DNA from: an uncultured Actinomycetes bacterium
Lineage (GTDB): Bacteria; Actinomycetota; Thermoleophilia; Solirubrobacterales; 70-9
NCBI GenBank assembly: GCA_963728325.1
Contig: CAVSJS010000007.1
Span: forward strand, 113,943 to 177,942
Reading direction: 5' to 3'
Length of the DNA stretch: 64,000 nucleotides
Below the pieces are notes generated by a model that saw only the letters and a list, made by a program, of their open reading frames with translations, was not told where the DNA came from and ran no database searches. Of the stretch, positions 28,330-40,418 are shown in pieces. A program made the position numbers and the translations under genes. Each line of letters opens with the position of its first letter. The stretch's first letter is position 1.

Positions 28330-29529
28330 TCAAATCTTGTTGCGCTCCAAGAGCTTCTTCCCGATCACCATCTTCTGGATCTCGGAGGTCCCCTCCCCGA
28401 TCACCAGCAGCGGTGCGTCGCGGTACAGGCGCTCGATCTCGTACTCCTTCGAGTAGCCGTAGCCGCCGTGGATTCGCAGGCACTCCTCGGCGTTCTGACT
28501 CGCGGCCTCCGACGCGAACAGCTTCGCCATCCCGGCCTCGAGGTCGGAGCGCTCCCCGGCGTCCTTGAGGCGCGCCGCCTTCATGGTCAGCAGCCTCGCC
28601 GCCTCCACCCGGGTGCCCATCTCGGCGAGCTTGAAGGTGATCGCCTGATGCTGGGCGATCGGCTTGCCGAACGTCTTGCGCTCCTGGCTGTAGCGAAGCG
28701 CGAGCTCGAGCGCCCGCTGGGCCACGCCGACCCCCCGCGCGGCCACGTTGACGCGGCCGACCTCGAGCCCGTCCATCATCTGGACGAACCCCTGCCCCAG
28801 CCCGTCGGGTCCGCCGAGAATTCGCTCCTCCGGAACCTTGAAGCCATCGAAGACGAGCTCGGTGGACTCGACGCCCTTGTAGCCCATCTTCTTGATCTTG
28901 GGCGGGATCGTCAGCCCCGGCATCTTCTCCGCACCCGGCTCCTTCTCGCAGATGAAGCAGGTCATGCCCTTGTATCGCGGGTCGGCCTTGGGGTCGGTCT
29001 TGACGAGCACGAAGACGAGGCTGGAGAGCAGGCCGTTGGTGACCCACATCTTCTGCCCGCTGAGCTCCCAGCTGCCGTCGTCGGCCTTCTTCGCCACCGA
29101 CTTGATCCCCTGCACATCGGAGCCGACCTCGGGCTCCGAGAGCGAGTAGGCCGCGCGGACCTCGCCGGTCGCCATCTTCGGCAGGAAATGGTCCTTCTGC
29201 TCGTCGGTGCCGAACTTCATCAGCAGGTAGGAGCCCATGAAGTGGGTGTTGACAACGCCCGAGATCGAGATCCACCCCCGCGACAGCTCCTCGACGATCA
29301 TCGCGTAGGTGGTCAGGTCGAGGCCCATGCCGCCGTACTCCTCGGGGATCGTGACCCCGAACAGGCCGAGCTCCTTCATCTGCTCGACGATCGGCCCCGG
29401 GAACTTGTCCTCGTGGTCGTATTCCTCGGCCACAGGGAGGATCTCGTTGTCGGCGAACTGGCGCACCATTTCGGTGATCGCCTTCTGCTCGTCGGTCTTC
29501 TCCGTGTGGGTGTCGGTGGCTACGGCCAT
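28330..29529 (-). CDS. Acyl-CoA dehydrogenase
   Basis: 399 aa. TEMVRQFADNEILPVAEEYDHEDKFP, YSLSEPEVGSDV, and C-terminal LRIHGGYGYSKEYEIERLYRDAPLLVIGEGTSEIQ. Confidence 0.85.
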   Translation of the reverse strand: MAVATDTHTEKTDEQKAITEMVRQFADNEILPVAEEYDHEDKFPGPIVEQMKELGLFGVTIPEEYGGMGLDLTTYAMIVEELSRGWISISGVVNTHFMGSYLLMKFGTDEQKDHFLPKMATGEVRAAYSLSEPEVGSDVQGIKSVAKKADDGSWELSGQKMWVTNGLLSSLVFVLVKTDPKADPRYKGMTCFICEKEPGAEKMPGLTIPPKIKKMGYKGVESTELVFDGFKVPEERILGGPDGLGQGFVQMMDGLEVGRVNVAARGVGVAQRALELALRYSQERKTFGKPIAQHQAITFKLAEMGTRVEAARLLTMKAARLKDAGERSDLEAGMAKLFASEAASQNAEECLRIHGGYGYSKEYEIERLYRDAPLLVIGEGTSEIQKMVIGKKLLERNKI

Positions 29530-29575
29530 GGCTGCTCGCGTCCGAAATGCGGGCGGCCAAGGATAATCGGAGCCC

Positions 29576-30022
29576 GTGTCCGCCGAAGTCATGCGCATCG
29601 TGGAGCAGATCCAGGAGGTCCTCGTCGTCGATGACATCGTCGCGGTGCTGGACGACGATGAGAAGGACCAGGGCATCCGGCAAACGCTCGCCGAGCTGGC
29701 CGAGCCGGACTTCGAGGTGGTGATGGTGGGGCCCGACTATCTCCCCCAGGCTGCAGAGCGAGCCGGGCCCGACGGGTTCCGGGACGCCTGGCTCGATTGG
29801 ACGAGTCCGTTCGAGAGCTTCCGAATCGACCTCGAGCGCGTCATCGACGCCGGCGACCGCGTGGTCAGCATCGTCCGCCAGGTCGGCACGACGAAGACGG
29901 GCCGCGTGGAGATCGAGGCGTCGGCGGCGGCCGTCTGGACGATCCGCGACGGCAAGCTCACCCGGGTCGAGTTCCACCTTGACCAGGAGACGGCGCTTCG
30001 GGCCGCCGGGCTCGATTCCTAG
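29576..30022 (+). CDS. NTF2/SnoaL-like protein, an unlinked and diverged relative of the 53.9-60.4 kb array
   Basis: [59 protein letters not shown] has the same body pattern as the array. It lacks the MSQENVE head and has only a loose version of the tail. Confidence 0.6.
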   Translation: MSAEVMRIVEQIQEVLVVDDIVAVLDDDEKDQGIRQTLAELAEPDFEVVMVGPDYLPQAAERAGPDGFRDAWLDWTSPFESFRIDLERVIDAGDRVVSIVRQVGTTKTGRVEIEASAAAVWTIRDGKLTRVEFHLDQETALRAAGLDS

Positions 30023-30471
30023 AGCTCGTAGACGTAGCTGTAGGCGCGACCGCTCGGCCCTTCGCGCTCGTAGAAGCGGTGCGCGTCGGTGCGGGACAGC
30101 GCGCTGGCGAGCTCCAAGTGGGTTGCGCCGCGCTCGCGGGCCCAATCCCGCGCGGCAGCAAGCAGCCTCGATCCAACGCCGCGTGAGCGGTGCCCAGGAT
30201 GAACGGCGAGATCCTCCACCCAGGCCCGATACCCGAAGCGAACGGAGAGCAGGTCCTGGTAGGCGGTACAGATACCGACCAGCTCACCGTGATTGTCCTC
30301 GGCAAGGAGAACCGCCGCATCGTGGGAGTCGATCGCCTGGCGGAGCGCAGCGGCGGCAGGTTTCGGATCCCACTGTGGCGGCCGGGTGCCCGGTGGCGCG
30401 AAGAGCCACTCGTACATCGGCAGGAGGCGCTCCTCCTCGCCTGGCCGTGCGGCGCGGATCTCGATCTCCAC
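30019..30471 (-). CDS. GNAT family N-acetyltransferase
   Basis: [59 protein letters not shown] start at 30471. Confidence 0.7.
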   Translation of the reverse strand: MEIEIRAARPGEEERLLPMYEWLFAPPGTRPPQWDPKPAAAALRQAIDSHDAAVLLAEDNHGELVGICTAYQDLLSVRFGYRAWVEDLAVHPGHRSRGVGSRLLAAARDWARERGATHLELASALSRTDAHRFYEREGPSGRAYSYVYEL

Positions 30472-30529
30472 GCCGGGGAGGCTAGCGTCCGCTCCGCGCG
30501 CCCAGCTAGGCTTGATCCAGGAGTCAGCC

Positions 30530-31579
30530 GTGAGAAACCCGCGCCAATTCGGACATTCCCTCGCCATCGGCGCCCCCCAGCCGCCGATCGAGATTCCGGT
30601 CAAGCCCTCGCGGATGATCCACTTCTTCGACCCCTCGAACGAGAAGATGGCCGCCAAGGTGCCGGAGATGGCCGGGCAGACGGACATCCTGCTCGGCAAC
30701 CTCGAGGACGCGATCGCGGCAGACCGCAAGGAGGCGGCTCGCGAAGGCCTGATCGAGGTCGCGCGGGCGACCGACTTCGGCGACACGGCGCTTTGGACTC
30801 GCGTCAACTCGCTCGAGAGCCCCTGGGTGCTCGACGACCTTCTGCGGCTGGTGACGGAGATCGGCGACAAGCTCGAGGTGATCATGGTCCCCAAGGTCGA
30901 GGGGCCGTGGGACATCCACTACGTGGATCGCCTGCTCGCCCAGCTCGAGGCGAAGGTGGGGCTGAAGCGCTCGATCCTCGTCCACGCGATCCTCGAAACC
31001 TCGCTCGGCGTCGTCAACCTCGAGCAGATCGCCACCGCCAGCCCGCGGATGCAGGGGATGAGCTTCGGGCCGGCAGACCTGGCCGCCTTCCGGCGCATGA
31101 AGACCACCCGCGTCGGCGGCGGCCATCCTGCCTACCAGGTGATCGAGGACCCGAACCCCGACGACCCCGACGCCCCGCGGAAGACCGCCCAGCAGGACCC
31201 CTGGCACTACTCGATCGCCCGCATGGTCGATGCCTGCACCTCGGCCGGCATCCTGCCGTTCTACGGGCCCTACGGCGACATCAGGGACACCGCGGGCTGC
31301 GAAACCCAGTTCCGCGCCGCCTTCCTGCTCGGCTGCGTCGGCGCATGGTCGCTACATCCCGCCCAGATCGAGATCGCCAAGAGGGTCTTCAGCCCCCCCG
31401 CGGACGAGGTCAGGTTCGCCAAGAAGGTGCTGGAGGCGATCCCGGATGGCCGAGGCGTCCACATGATCGACGGCAAGATGCAGGACGACGCAACCTGGAA
31501 GCAGTGCAAGGTGATGGTCACCCTGGCCGAGATGCTGGCGCGCAAGGACCCGGAACTTGCGGAGGCGTACGACCTTTAA
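30530..31579 (+). CDS. mcl: L-malyl-CoA/beta-methylmalyl-CoA lyase (HpcH/CitE family)
   Basis: Collinear with my recollection of Rhodobacter Mcl1: [68 protein letters not shown] and [19 protein letters not shown]. An AGGAG lies 6 nt before GTG 30530. Confidence 0.8.
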   Translation: MRNPRQFGHSLAIGAPQPPIEIPVKPSRMIHFFDPSNEKMAAKVPEMAGQTDILLGNLEDAIAADRKEAAREGLIEVARATDFGDTALWTRVNSLESPWVLDDLLRLVTEIGDKLEVIMVPKVEGPWDIHYVDRLLAQLEAKVGLKRSILVHAILETSLGVVNLEQIATASPRMQGMSFGPADLAAFRRMKTTRVGGGHPAYQVIEDPNPDDPDAPRKTAQQDPWHYSIARMVDACTSAGILPFYGPYGDIRDTAGCETQFRAAFLLGCVGAWSLHPAQIEIAKRVFSPPADEVRFAKKVLEAIPDGRGVHMIDGKMQDDATWKQCKVMVTLAEMLARKDPELAEAYDL

Positions 31580-31600
31580 GCGGTCCGCGGCCCCCTGGGC

Positions 31601-33435
<1,835 letters not shown>

Positions 33436-33603
33436 CTCCTCTATCTGGTTTCCGGAACGGCAAACGCCCGGAAGCGATCCGGACGTGGCGCCATTGTTTC
33501 GCACCCCGCCGGATGGCGGCGTCAGCCGCAGTCGAGGCCGACTCAGCTCATCCTCGTGTCCGCTCGCAGTCGGCTCCACGGCAAGCTAGATTTCCCGCTC
33601 CTC

Positions 33604-34812
33604 ATGCGCTTCTACGAGTACGAGTCGCGGAAGATCGTCGAGCGAGCCGCGATCCCGGTCACCAGGTACGGCTTCTGCAAGACGCCCCAGGAGGCTCGCG
33701 TGGCCGCCGAGCAGATCGGTGGCCCGGTCGTGGTCAAGTCCCAGGTCCTGACCGGAGGGCGGATGAAGGCCGGCGGGGTCAGGTTCGCGGACAGCCCCGA
33801 GGTGGCAGAGGCGGACGCGGCGGAGATCCTGGAGCTGGAGATAAACGGGCAGATGCCGCGTGGCGTGCTCGTCGACCCGAAGGCGGAGGTCGCCCAGGAG
33901 TACTACGCGGGCGTCGTCTGGGACGGGACGCGGAAGCAGCCGATGATGCTGTTCAGCGACATGGGCGGGATCGACATCGAGGAGGTCGCCGAGCGCCACC
34001 CCGAACACGTCGGGCGCGGCCACCTCTCCAACCTTTTGGAGATCTCCGACTTCCAGGCCAAGCAGGTGATCGCGCAGACCGGCGTCACCGGTTCAGAGCT
34101 CAATCGCGCGACGCCGATCCTCGCCCGGCTGGCTCGGGTGATGCGCGACTTCGACATGACCCTCGCCGAGATCAATCCCCTGGCCCGCCTCGACGACGGC
34201 AGCTTCGTGGCCCTCGACGCCCACATGGAGATGGAGGACGAGGCCAAGCCGCGCCAGAGGCCGTTGCTCTCCGAGCTGGGAATCGGCGACGAGGAGGCCC
34301 GCGAGCCGTATGAGCCCAGCGAGTTCGAGCGCACCGTGAAGGCGATCGATTCCGCCGACCACCGGGGCGTGATCCAGGGCAAGGATCACGGCTTCCACGG
34401 CAACCTGGGACTGGTGATCGGCGCCGGCGGCGGCTCGCTGACCCTGACCGACGCGGTTCGCAGCCAGGGAGGACAGCCCGCCAACTACACAGAGATCGGC
34501 GGCAACCCCTCGGTGGCGAAGGCCTGTGGCCTGGCGAAGGAGGTGCTGCGCAAGGAGGGCGTCGAAAAGATCGCGGTGATGATGTCGATCGTCTCCAACA
34601 CTCGGGTCGACATCGTCGCGCGAGGCGTGATCAAGGCCTGCCTCGAGATGGACAAGGACCCCGGCGAGACGATCGCGATCTTCCGCATCCCGGGCGCCTG
34701 GGAGGAGGAGGGGTTCAAGATCCTGGAGCGCTACGGCGTCGAGTACTGCGATCGCAGCATCTCGATGTGGGAAGCGGCGGGCCGAGCCGTGGCCAGAATC
34801 CAGGCGCCATGA
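33604..34812 (+). CDS. Succinyl-CoA synthetase beta-subunit-like ATP-grasp ligase subunit. Malate/succinate-CoA ligase family, specificity unknown.
   Basis: MRFYEYESRKIVERAAIPV...VVVKSQVLTGGRMKAGGVRFA...TLAEINPLARL...NLGLVIGAGGGSLTLTD...ANYTEIGGNP. Confidence 0.7.
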   Translation: MRFYEYESRKIVERAAIPVTRYGFCKTPQEARVAAEQIGGPVVVKSQVLTGGRMKAGGVRFADSPEVAEADAAEILELEINGQMPRGVLVDPKAEVAQEYYAGVVWDGTRKQPMMLFSDMGGIDIEEVAERHPEHVGRGHLSNLLEISDFQAKQVIAQTGVTGSELNRATPILARLARVMRDFDMTLAEINPLARLDDGSFVALDAHMEMEDEAKPRQRPLLSELGIGDEEAREPYEPSEFERTVKAIDSADHRGVIQGKDHGFHGNLGLVIGAGGGSLTLTDAVRSQGGQPANYTEIGGNPSVAKACGLAKEVLRKEGVEKIAVMMSIVSNTRVDIVARGVIKACLEMDKDPGETIAIFRIPGAWEEEGFKILERYGVEYCDRSISMWEAAGRAVARIQAP

Positions 34813-35726
34813 GCATCCTCCTCGACGAGAGCTTCACCTTCATCGTTCAGGGCATCACCGGCCGTGAGGCCGTCAACCTGACCCGGGAGTGCCTCGACTA
34901 CGGATCCAAGGTCGTCGGCGGCGTGACCCCGGGGCGCAAGGGGCGCGAAGTCCATGGCGTGCCCGTCCACGACACCGTCCAGCAGGTCGTCGACGCGGTC
35001 GGGTTCGTCCCGAACGGCTCGGTGGTGACCGTCCCCCCCGCCTTCACCAAGGACGCCGTGTTCGAGGCGCTCGAGGCCGAGGTCGAGCTGATCGTGATCG
35101 TCACCGAGCGGATCCCGCGCCGTGACGTGGCGGAGATGGTCGAGCTGGCGGGGATGCGCGGCGCCCGGATCATCGGCCCCAACTGCCTCGGCGTGATCGT
35201 TCCCGAGGTCTGCAAGATGGGCGGCATCGGCGGGCCCGCCAAGGACGCCGCCAAGGCCTACAGACCCGGATCGGTGGGCGTCATGTCGCGAAGCGGCGGC
35301 ATGACCACGGAGATCTCCTCGACGCTGACCGCCGCGGGACTCGGCCAGTCCACCGCGATCTCGATCGGCGGCGACGCGATCATCGGCTCCGCCTACGCCG
35401 AGCTGATGCCCCTGTTCGAGGCCGACGCACGCACCGAGGCGATCGTCATCTACACCGAGCCCGGCGGGCGGATGGAAGCGCAGCTATCCGAGTGGGTGAC
35501 CGAGAACGAGTCAAGGCTCCCGATCGTCGCCTTCATGGCCGGCCGGTTCATGGACTCCGAGGAGATGAAGGGGATGAGCTTCGGCCACGCGGGCACAATC
35601 GTCGAGGGCGCCGAGGACACAGCGACCGAGAAGATCGCCCGCCTCGAGGGTGCCGGGATCCCGGTCGTCGAGCGGATCGACGAGATCCCCGACCGGGTCA
35701 AGGAGATGCTCGGAGTGGCCGCATGA
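34809..35726 (+). CDS. Succinyl-CoA synthetase alpha-subunit-like CoA-ligase subunit
   Basis: FIVQGITGREA, GGVTPGRKG, RIIGPNCLG, VGVMSRSGGMTTE and the phosphohistidine loop MSFGHAGTIV. The ATG overlaps the beta-subunit stop (ATGA). Confidence 0.8.
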   Translation: MSILLDESFTFIVQGITGREAVNLTRECLDYGSKVVGGVTPGRKGREVHGVPVHDTVQQVVDAVGFVPNGSVVTVPPAFTKDAVFEALEAEVELIVIVTERIPRRDVAEMVELAGMRGARIIGPNCLGVIVPEVCKMGGIGGPAKDAAKAYRPGSVGVMSRSGGMTTEISSTLTAAGLGQSTAISIGGDAIIGSAYAELMPLFEADARTEAIVIYTEPGGRMEAQLSEWVTENESRLPIVAFMAGRFMDSEEMKGMSFGHAGTIVEGAEDTATEKIARLEGAGIPVVERIDEIPDRVKEMLGVAA

Positions 35727-35995
35727 CAGGGCCACGAGCATCCGCCAGCGAGCAGCTGGTCGGCATCTTCATCGAGGTCGAAGTCGACGATGCCGTCGCC
35801 ACGGACCGCGCCCTGGCGGCGAAACTCGAGGAGGTCTGCCCGGTCGACATCTTCAAGGCGGGCGATTCAGGCCTCGAGATCGTCGACGAGAACCTCGATG
35901 AGTGCGTGCTCTGCGAGCTCTGCCTCGATGCCGCCCCGGACGGGTCGGTCGTGGTCAAGAAGCTCTACGACGGCACCGAGCTGAGGCGGGGCTAG
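35723..35995 (+). CDS. Small ferredoxin-like protein (90 aa), translationally coupled to the ligase alpha subunit
   Basis: ATGA overlap at 35723..35726. The Cys pattern CPVDIF ... CVLCELC looks like a degenerate 4Fe-4S ferredoxin. Confidence 0.4.
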   Translation: MTGPRASASEQLVGIFIEVEVDDAVATDRALAAKLEEVCPVDIFKAGDSGLEIVDENLDECVLCELCLDAAPDGSVVVKKLYDGTELRRG

Positions 35996-36005
35996 GCGGC
36001 TCTTC

Positions 36006-36725
36006 TCACCAGGGGATCGGCTCGCGGTTGCGGAAGAAGCCGCCGGTGGGGCCGTCGTCGGGCAGGGTTGCGAGCCACACCGCCGTGTCGGCGCCCTCCT
36101 CCACCGAGCGCGATGCCGCCGCCCCTCCCATGTCGGTTCGGACCCAGCCAGGGCAGATCGAGTTCGCGAGGATGCCGCTGCCGGCCTCCTCCTGGGACAG
36201 GATCCGTGTGAGCGCGTTGAGCGCCGTCTTCGAGATCCGGTAGCCGGGGTAGCCGCCGTTCATGTCGGAGAGCTGACCCGCGCCGCTCGACACGTTGACG
36301 ATCCGGCCGTGCTCGCTGCGGCGCAGGAGGGGCAGCACCGCCTGGGCGAGGCGCCAGGCGCCGAACAGGTTCGTCTCCATCGTCCTGTGGGCGTCGTCGA
36401 GCGGCGCCTGCGAGACGTTGGTCGCGACCTCGCCCGCCACGCCCGCGTTGTTGACAAGCGCGTCGAGGCGTCCGGGTTCGGCCTCGATCCGCTCGCGGAG
36501 GCGCTCCACGCTGTCCGGGTCGGCGACATCGAGCTGCTCCGCTTGGAGCGACAGGCGTCCGCCGTCCGAGAGCTCCTCGGCGGTGCGCTCGGCGGCGACG
36601 GGGTCGCGCGCGGTGACGATCACCTGATGCCCGAGCTCCGCGAGCTGCCGCGCGATCTCGCGCCCGATACCCCGATTCGAGCCGCTGACGAGCGCCACGC
36701 GCCGCTGCCCTTCCATGAACGCCAC
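36006..36725 (-). CDS. SDR-family oxidoreductase
   Basis: VALVSGSNRGIGREIARQLAELGHQVIVTARD, NNAG, and YRISKTALNAL (YxxxK). Confidence 0.85.
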   Translation of the reverse strand: MAFMEGQRRVALVSGSNRGIGREIARQLAELGHQVIVTARDPVAAERTAEELSDGGRLSLQAEQLDVADPDSVERLRERIEAEPGRLDALVNNAGVAGEVATNVSQAPLDDAHRTMETNLFGAWRLAQAVLPLLRRSEHGRIVNVSSGAGQLSDMNGGYPGYRISKTALNALTRILSQEEAGSGILANSICPGWVRTDMGGAAASRSVEEGADTAVWLATLPDDGPTGGFFRNREPIPW

Positions 36726-36736
36726 ACTACCCGCCC

Positions 36737-38194
36737 GTGAACTTCATCGAGGACGTGTTGGAGCGGTTCCCTGCGTCAAAGCCCGCCCTGGTGGCGATCT
36801 CGCGCCATGGGGAGCGGCGAGTCTGGGCGTTCGGTGAGCTGATCGCGCGCAGCGCGGGGCTGTCCGGCGCGTTCGCTGCCCGCGGGGTGGGTCGCGGCGA
36901 CGTGGTGATGACCCTGGCCGGCAACCGGATCGAGTGGGTGCTCGCGATGCTGGCCTGCTGGCGGGTGGGAGCGATCGCCCTGCCCTGCAACACGCAACTG
37001 CGCCGCCACGATCTCGAGCTGCGGGTGCAGGCTGCGAACGTCGCGCTCTGCGTCGGCGAGGAAGGGTTGCTGGGCGAGCTTCCGGACGGCGTGGCGGCGA
37101 TGGCGATGTCCGACGTGGCCCTGGTGATGGACGAAGAGCTTCCTCAGGAGCCACCCGTGGAGCCGGCCGAACTGGACCCCGACGACGGCGCCCTGATCGT
37201 CTTCACGTCGGGGTCGACCGGCGAGCCGCGCGGGGCCCTGCACGCCCAGCGCTACCTGACGGGCCAGCGGGCCCAGGCCGAGCACTGGCTCGGGGCGCGA
37301 GAGGGCGAGCTCGTCTGGTGCACGACGGCGCCCGGCTGGTCGAAGTCGGCGCGCAACGTCTTCGTCGCCCCCTGGCTCTGCGGGGCCGCGGCGATGATCC
37401 ACGACGCCCGCTTCGATCCGGCCGAGCGCCTGGAGCTGATCGAGCGCGAGCGGGTAAACGTCCTCTGCCAGGCGCCGACCGAGTACCGCATGCTCGCCAC
37501 GCGCGCCCGGCTGCGGGCCCTTCCAGCCCTCCGCCGCATGGTGTCGGCCGGCGAGCCCCTCAACCCCGAGGTGATCGAGGTCTTCCGAGGGGCGCTCGGC
37601 CTCGACATCTGCGACGGCTACGGCCAGACCGAAACCGGGCAGGTGACCGGGAACCTGGTCGGCGAGGTGGTCCGCGACGGCTCGATGGGCAGGCCCCTGC
37701 CGGGGCTCCAGGTTCGAATCGCCGATGGCGAGCTACAGGTCCGGGCGTCCAGCTGCCCGACCTTCTTCTGTCGCTACCTCGACATGGAGCCGTTCGGCGG
37801 CGAGTGGTGGCCCACCGGCGACTTGGTCAGCGAGGACGACGAGCGCTACCTCTGGTACGAGGGGCGCCGCGACGACCTGATCCTCTCCGCCGGATATCGC
37901 ATCGGCCCGTTCGAGGTCGAGTCTGCGCTGCTCTCTCACCCCGCGGTGGCCGAGGCAGCCGCGGTCTCTGCCCCGGACGCCGAGCGAGGCGCCGTGGTAC
38001 GTGCGATCGTCGTCCTTGGCGACGCGGAGCCGAGCGATGAGCTCGTGCGCGAGCTTCAGGATCACTGCAAGCGGGTGGCCGCTCCGTACAAGTTCCCCCG
38101 CATCGTCGAGTTCGCCGACCAGTTGCCCAAGACCACCAGCGGGAAGATCAAGCGGGCGGAGCTGCGGGCCGCCGGCCCCGCCGCGAGCCGCTAG
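36737..38194 (+). CDS. AMP-dependent acyl-CoA synthetase/ligase
   Basis: IVFTSGSTGEPRG, DGYGQTETG, WWPTGDLV..DDERYLWYEGRRDDLI and TTSGKIKR. Confidence 0.85.
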   Translation: MNFIEDVLERFPASKPALVAISRHGERRVWAFGELIARSAGLSGAFAARGVGRGDVVMTLAGNRIEWVLAMLACWRVGAIALPCNTQLRRHDLELRVQAANVALCVGEEGLLGELPDGVAAMAMSDVALVMDEELPQEPPVEPAELDPDDGALIVFTSGSTGEPRGALHAQRYLTGQRAQAEHWLGAREGELVWCTTAPGWSKSARNVFVAPWLCGAAAMIHDARFDPAERLELIERERVNVLCQAPTEYRMLATRARLRALPALRRMVSAGEPLNPEVIEVFRGALGLDICDGYGQTETGQVTGNLVGEVVRDGSMGRPLPGLQVRIADGELQVRASSCPTFFCRYLDMEPFGGEWWPTGDLVSEDDERYLWYEGRRDDLILSAGYRIGPFEVESALLSHPAVAEAAAVSAPDAERGAVVRAIVVLGDAEPSDELVRELQDHCKRVAAPYKFPRIVEFADQLPKTTSGKIKRAELRAAGPAASR

Positions 38195-38197
38195 CCG

Positions 38198-39355
38198 GTG
38201 CGACGCTCCCCCCTGGCCGCGTTCGCGGGCATCTTCGTCGTCACGCTGCTCTCGCTGACCGCGGTTGGCGCCGTGCTGCCCGTGATCCCGCGCTACGTCC
38301 GCGGGCCGCTGGACTCCGGCAACATCGCGGTCGGGGTGGCGGTCGGTGCGTTCGCCATCACTGCCCTGGCGAGCCGGCCGCTGGCCGGACATGTCGCCGA
38401 CCTCCACGGTCGTCGGCCGGTCGTCGTGGTGGGAGCTCTGCTCGCCAGCGCGGCTGGGCTCCTGTACCTGGTGCCGGCGGGGCTTGCGGGCCTGATCGGC
38501 TCGCGGCTCGTGCTCGGCGCCGGCGAGGGGATGGTGTTCACGGCCGGCGCTACATGGGTGGTCGACCTGGCCCCGCCCGACCGGCGCGGACGCGTGATCG
38601 GGCTCTACGGCCTCGCGGTGTGGAGCGGCCTCAGCCTCGGTCCCCCGATCGGCGACGCGTTGCTGCGCGCCTCGAGCTACGAGGCGGTTTGGGCGTTTGC
38701 CGCCATCTGCCCCTTCCTGGGGGCTCTGGTCGCGCTGCGGATCCCGGATCAGCATCGGCCGTCTTCCGAGCCCCAGGAGCGGCCGTTGCTCGCGCTTGAG
38801 TCGGTGCGCCCGGGAATCGGGATCTCGCTCGCCAGCGTCGGCTTTGCGGCGATGGCCTCGTTCATCGTCCTCCACCTCGAGGCGGAGGGCTCCGGGCATG
38901 GGACCGTCGTGTTCACGGCCTTCGCAGCCACCGTCGTGCTGACGCGCCTGATCGGCGGCGACCTGCCGGATCGGATCGGGCCGCTCCGATGCGCGGCCGG
39001 CGCGGCGGCGCTCGAAGCGGTGGCGCTGGCGCTGATCGCGCTGGCCCATGGCCTTCCGCTGGCGCTTGCGGGAGCGATCGGGATGGGCATGGCCTTCGCC
39101 CTGCTCTACCCCTCCCTCTCGCTGGTGGCGATCAACAGCGTCTCCGAGTCTCGCCGTGGCTCGGCGCTCGGAACCTTCACCGCCTTCTTCGACATCGGCA
39201 TCGGCCTCGGCGCGGTGCTCACCGGTCTAGCCGCCGCGCTGGGCGGCTACCCCGCCGCCTTCTGGCTCGGCTCGGCATGCGCGGCAGGGACCGGATTCGT
39301 GGTCACCCGGGCGCTGGGTCGCGAAAGGGCGTCGCCTGGGGTCGCCGCGCCCTGA
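38198..39355 (+). CDS. MFS transporter
   Basis: About 12 hydrophobic spans with the loop motif GHVADLHGRRPVV. Confidence 0.75.
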   Translation: MRRSPLAAFAGIFVVTLLSLTAVGAVLPVIPRYVRGPLDSGNIAVGVAVGAFAITALASRPLAGHVADLHGRRPVVVVGALLASAAGLLYLVPAGLAGLIGSRLVLGAGEGMVFTAGATWVVDLAPPDRRGRVIGLYGLAVWSGLSLGPPIGDALLRASSYEAVWAFAAICPFLGALVALRIPDQHRPSSEPQERPLLALESVRPGIGISLASVGFAAMASFIVLHLEAEGSGHGTVVFTAFAATVVLTRLIGGDLPDRIGPLRCAAGAAALEAVALALIALAHGLPLALAGAIGMGMAFALLYPSLSLVAINSVSESRRGSALGTFTAFFDIGIGLGAVLTGLAAALGGYPAAFWLGSACAAGTGFVVTRALGRERASPGVAAP

Positions 39356-39375
39356 CCGCCAGGCCGGGCATCACC

Positions 39376-40418
39376 TCACGCCTCGAAGAGGCTGGTTTGT
39401 CCCGATCGCCGTGGTCCTGCGGCGCCGCGTCCCGCGCCCGCGGCGTCGGGCTCGGGAGCCTCGTCCCGCCTCCCGCGCGCGCCGCTCGGGCCCGGTCCGC
39501 GTCGGGCCATGCGAGAGAGCCGCTCCCGCTCCGGGCGACGCAGATATGCGCCGCGGGCATACAGCTCCTCGTAGCGCGGGACAAGATCGGGTCGGTACTG
39601 GCGCAGCCAGTCGAACCAGATATCGCGCAGCTCGCCGCGCAGGTGCAGCCCGACGCCGCCGATCGTCCGAGCGCCCGCCTCACCCGCCAACTCGAGGATC
39701 TCCTCCACCTGCTCCGGCGCGTCGTTGATGCCAGGCATCAGGGGAGCGATCAGGACGCCGGTCGGGATCCCGGCCCGGTTCAGCTCGCCCGCCGCCTCCA
39801 GCCGCTTTCGCGGGTGGGGAGTGTGGGGCTCGGTCTCGCGCCAGGCCTTCTCGTCGAGGGTCGGCACGGAGAGGTTGGCGGCGAAGTCGGTCACCTCCAC
39901 CAGCTGCTTCATCAGCTCGATGTCACGCAAGAGCAGCGGCGACTTGGTCAGTACCGAGCAGGGATTCGCGAAGTCCCGCATCGCCTCCCAGATCCCCTCC
40001 ATGAGCCGATAGCGCCCCTCGACCCACTGATAGGGATCGGTGTTGGTCCCCAGCGCCACGTGGTCGCCCCGCCACGAGGGGCGCGCCAGCTCGGCGCGCA
40101 CGACCTCGGGCAGGTTCGCCTTGACGACGATCTCGCGCTCGAAGTCCTCGCGGGCGTTGAAGTCGAGGTACGTGTGCGTGGGACGGGCGAAGCAGTAGGT
40201 AAGGAGCACGCGTGGGTGCAGCCGCGGTATGGGTTGATCGTGAAGCGGAACGGCATCCGTGAGCGCTTCGGCACCTCGTTGATGCCGGAATGCGCGTTGA
40301 CCTCGTAGAAGCGAATGCCAAGCGCCTCCGGCGCATCGAAGGTGCGAACCGCTGAATCACCCAAACCGGGCAGCCGCCCTTGCGTGCTGCCTCCTCTCTC
40401 CAGGTTCTGCCAACGCAC
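39376..40418 (-). pseudogene. Rv2578c-family radical SAM protein, interrupted inside the CX3CX2C cluster motif
   Basis: FYEVNAHSGINEVPKRSRMPFRFTINPYRGCTHAC (ORF 39948..40538) is followed by YCFARPTHTYL...ALGTNTDPYQ...SVLTKSPLLLRD (ORF 39376..40209). The two frames are separated by 8 nt (TCCTTACC) where 3 nt are expected. Confidence 0.65.
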
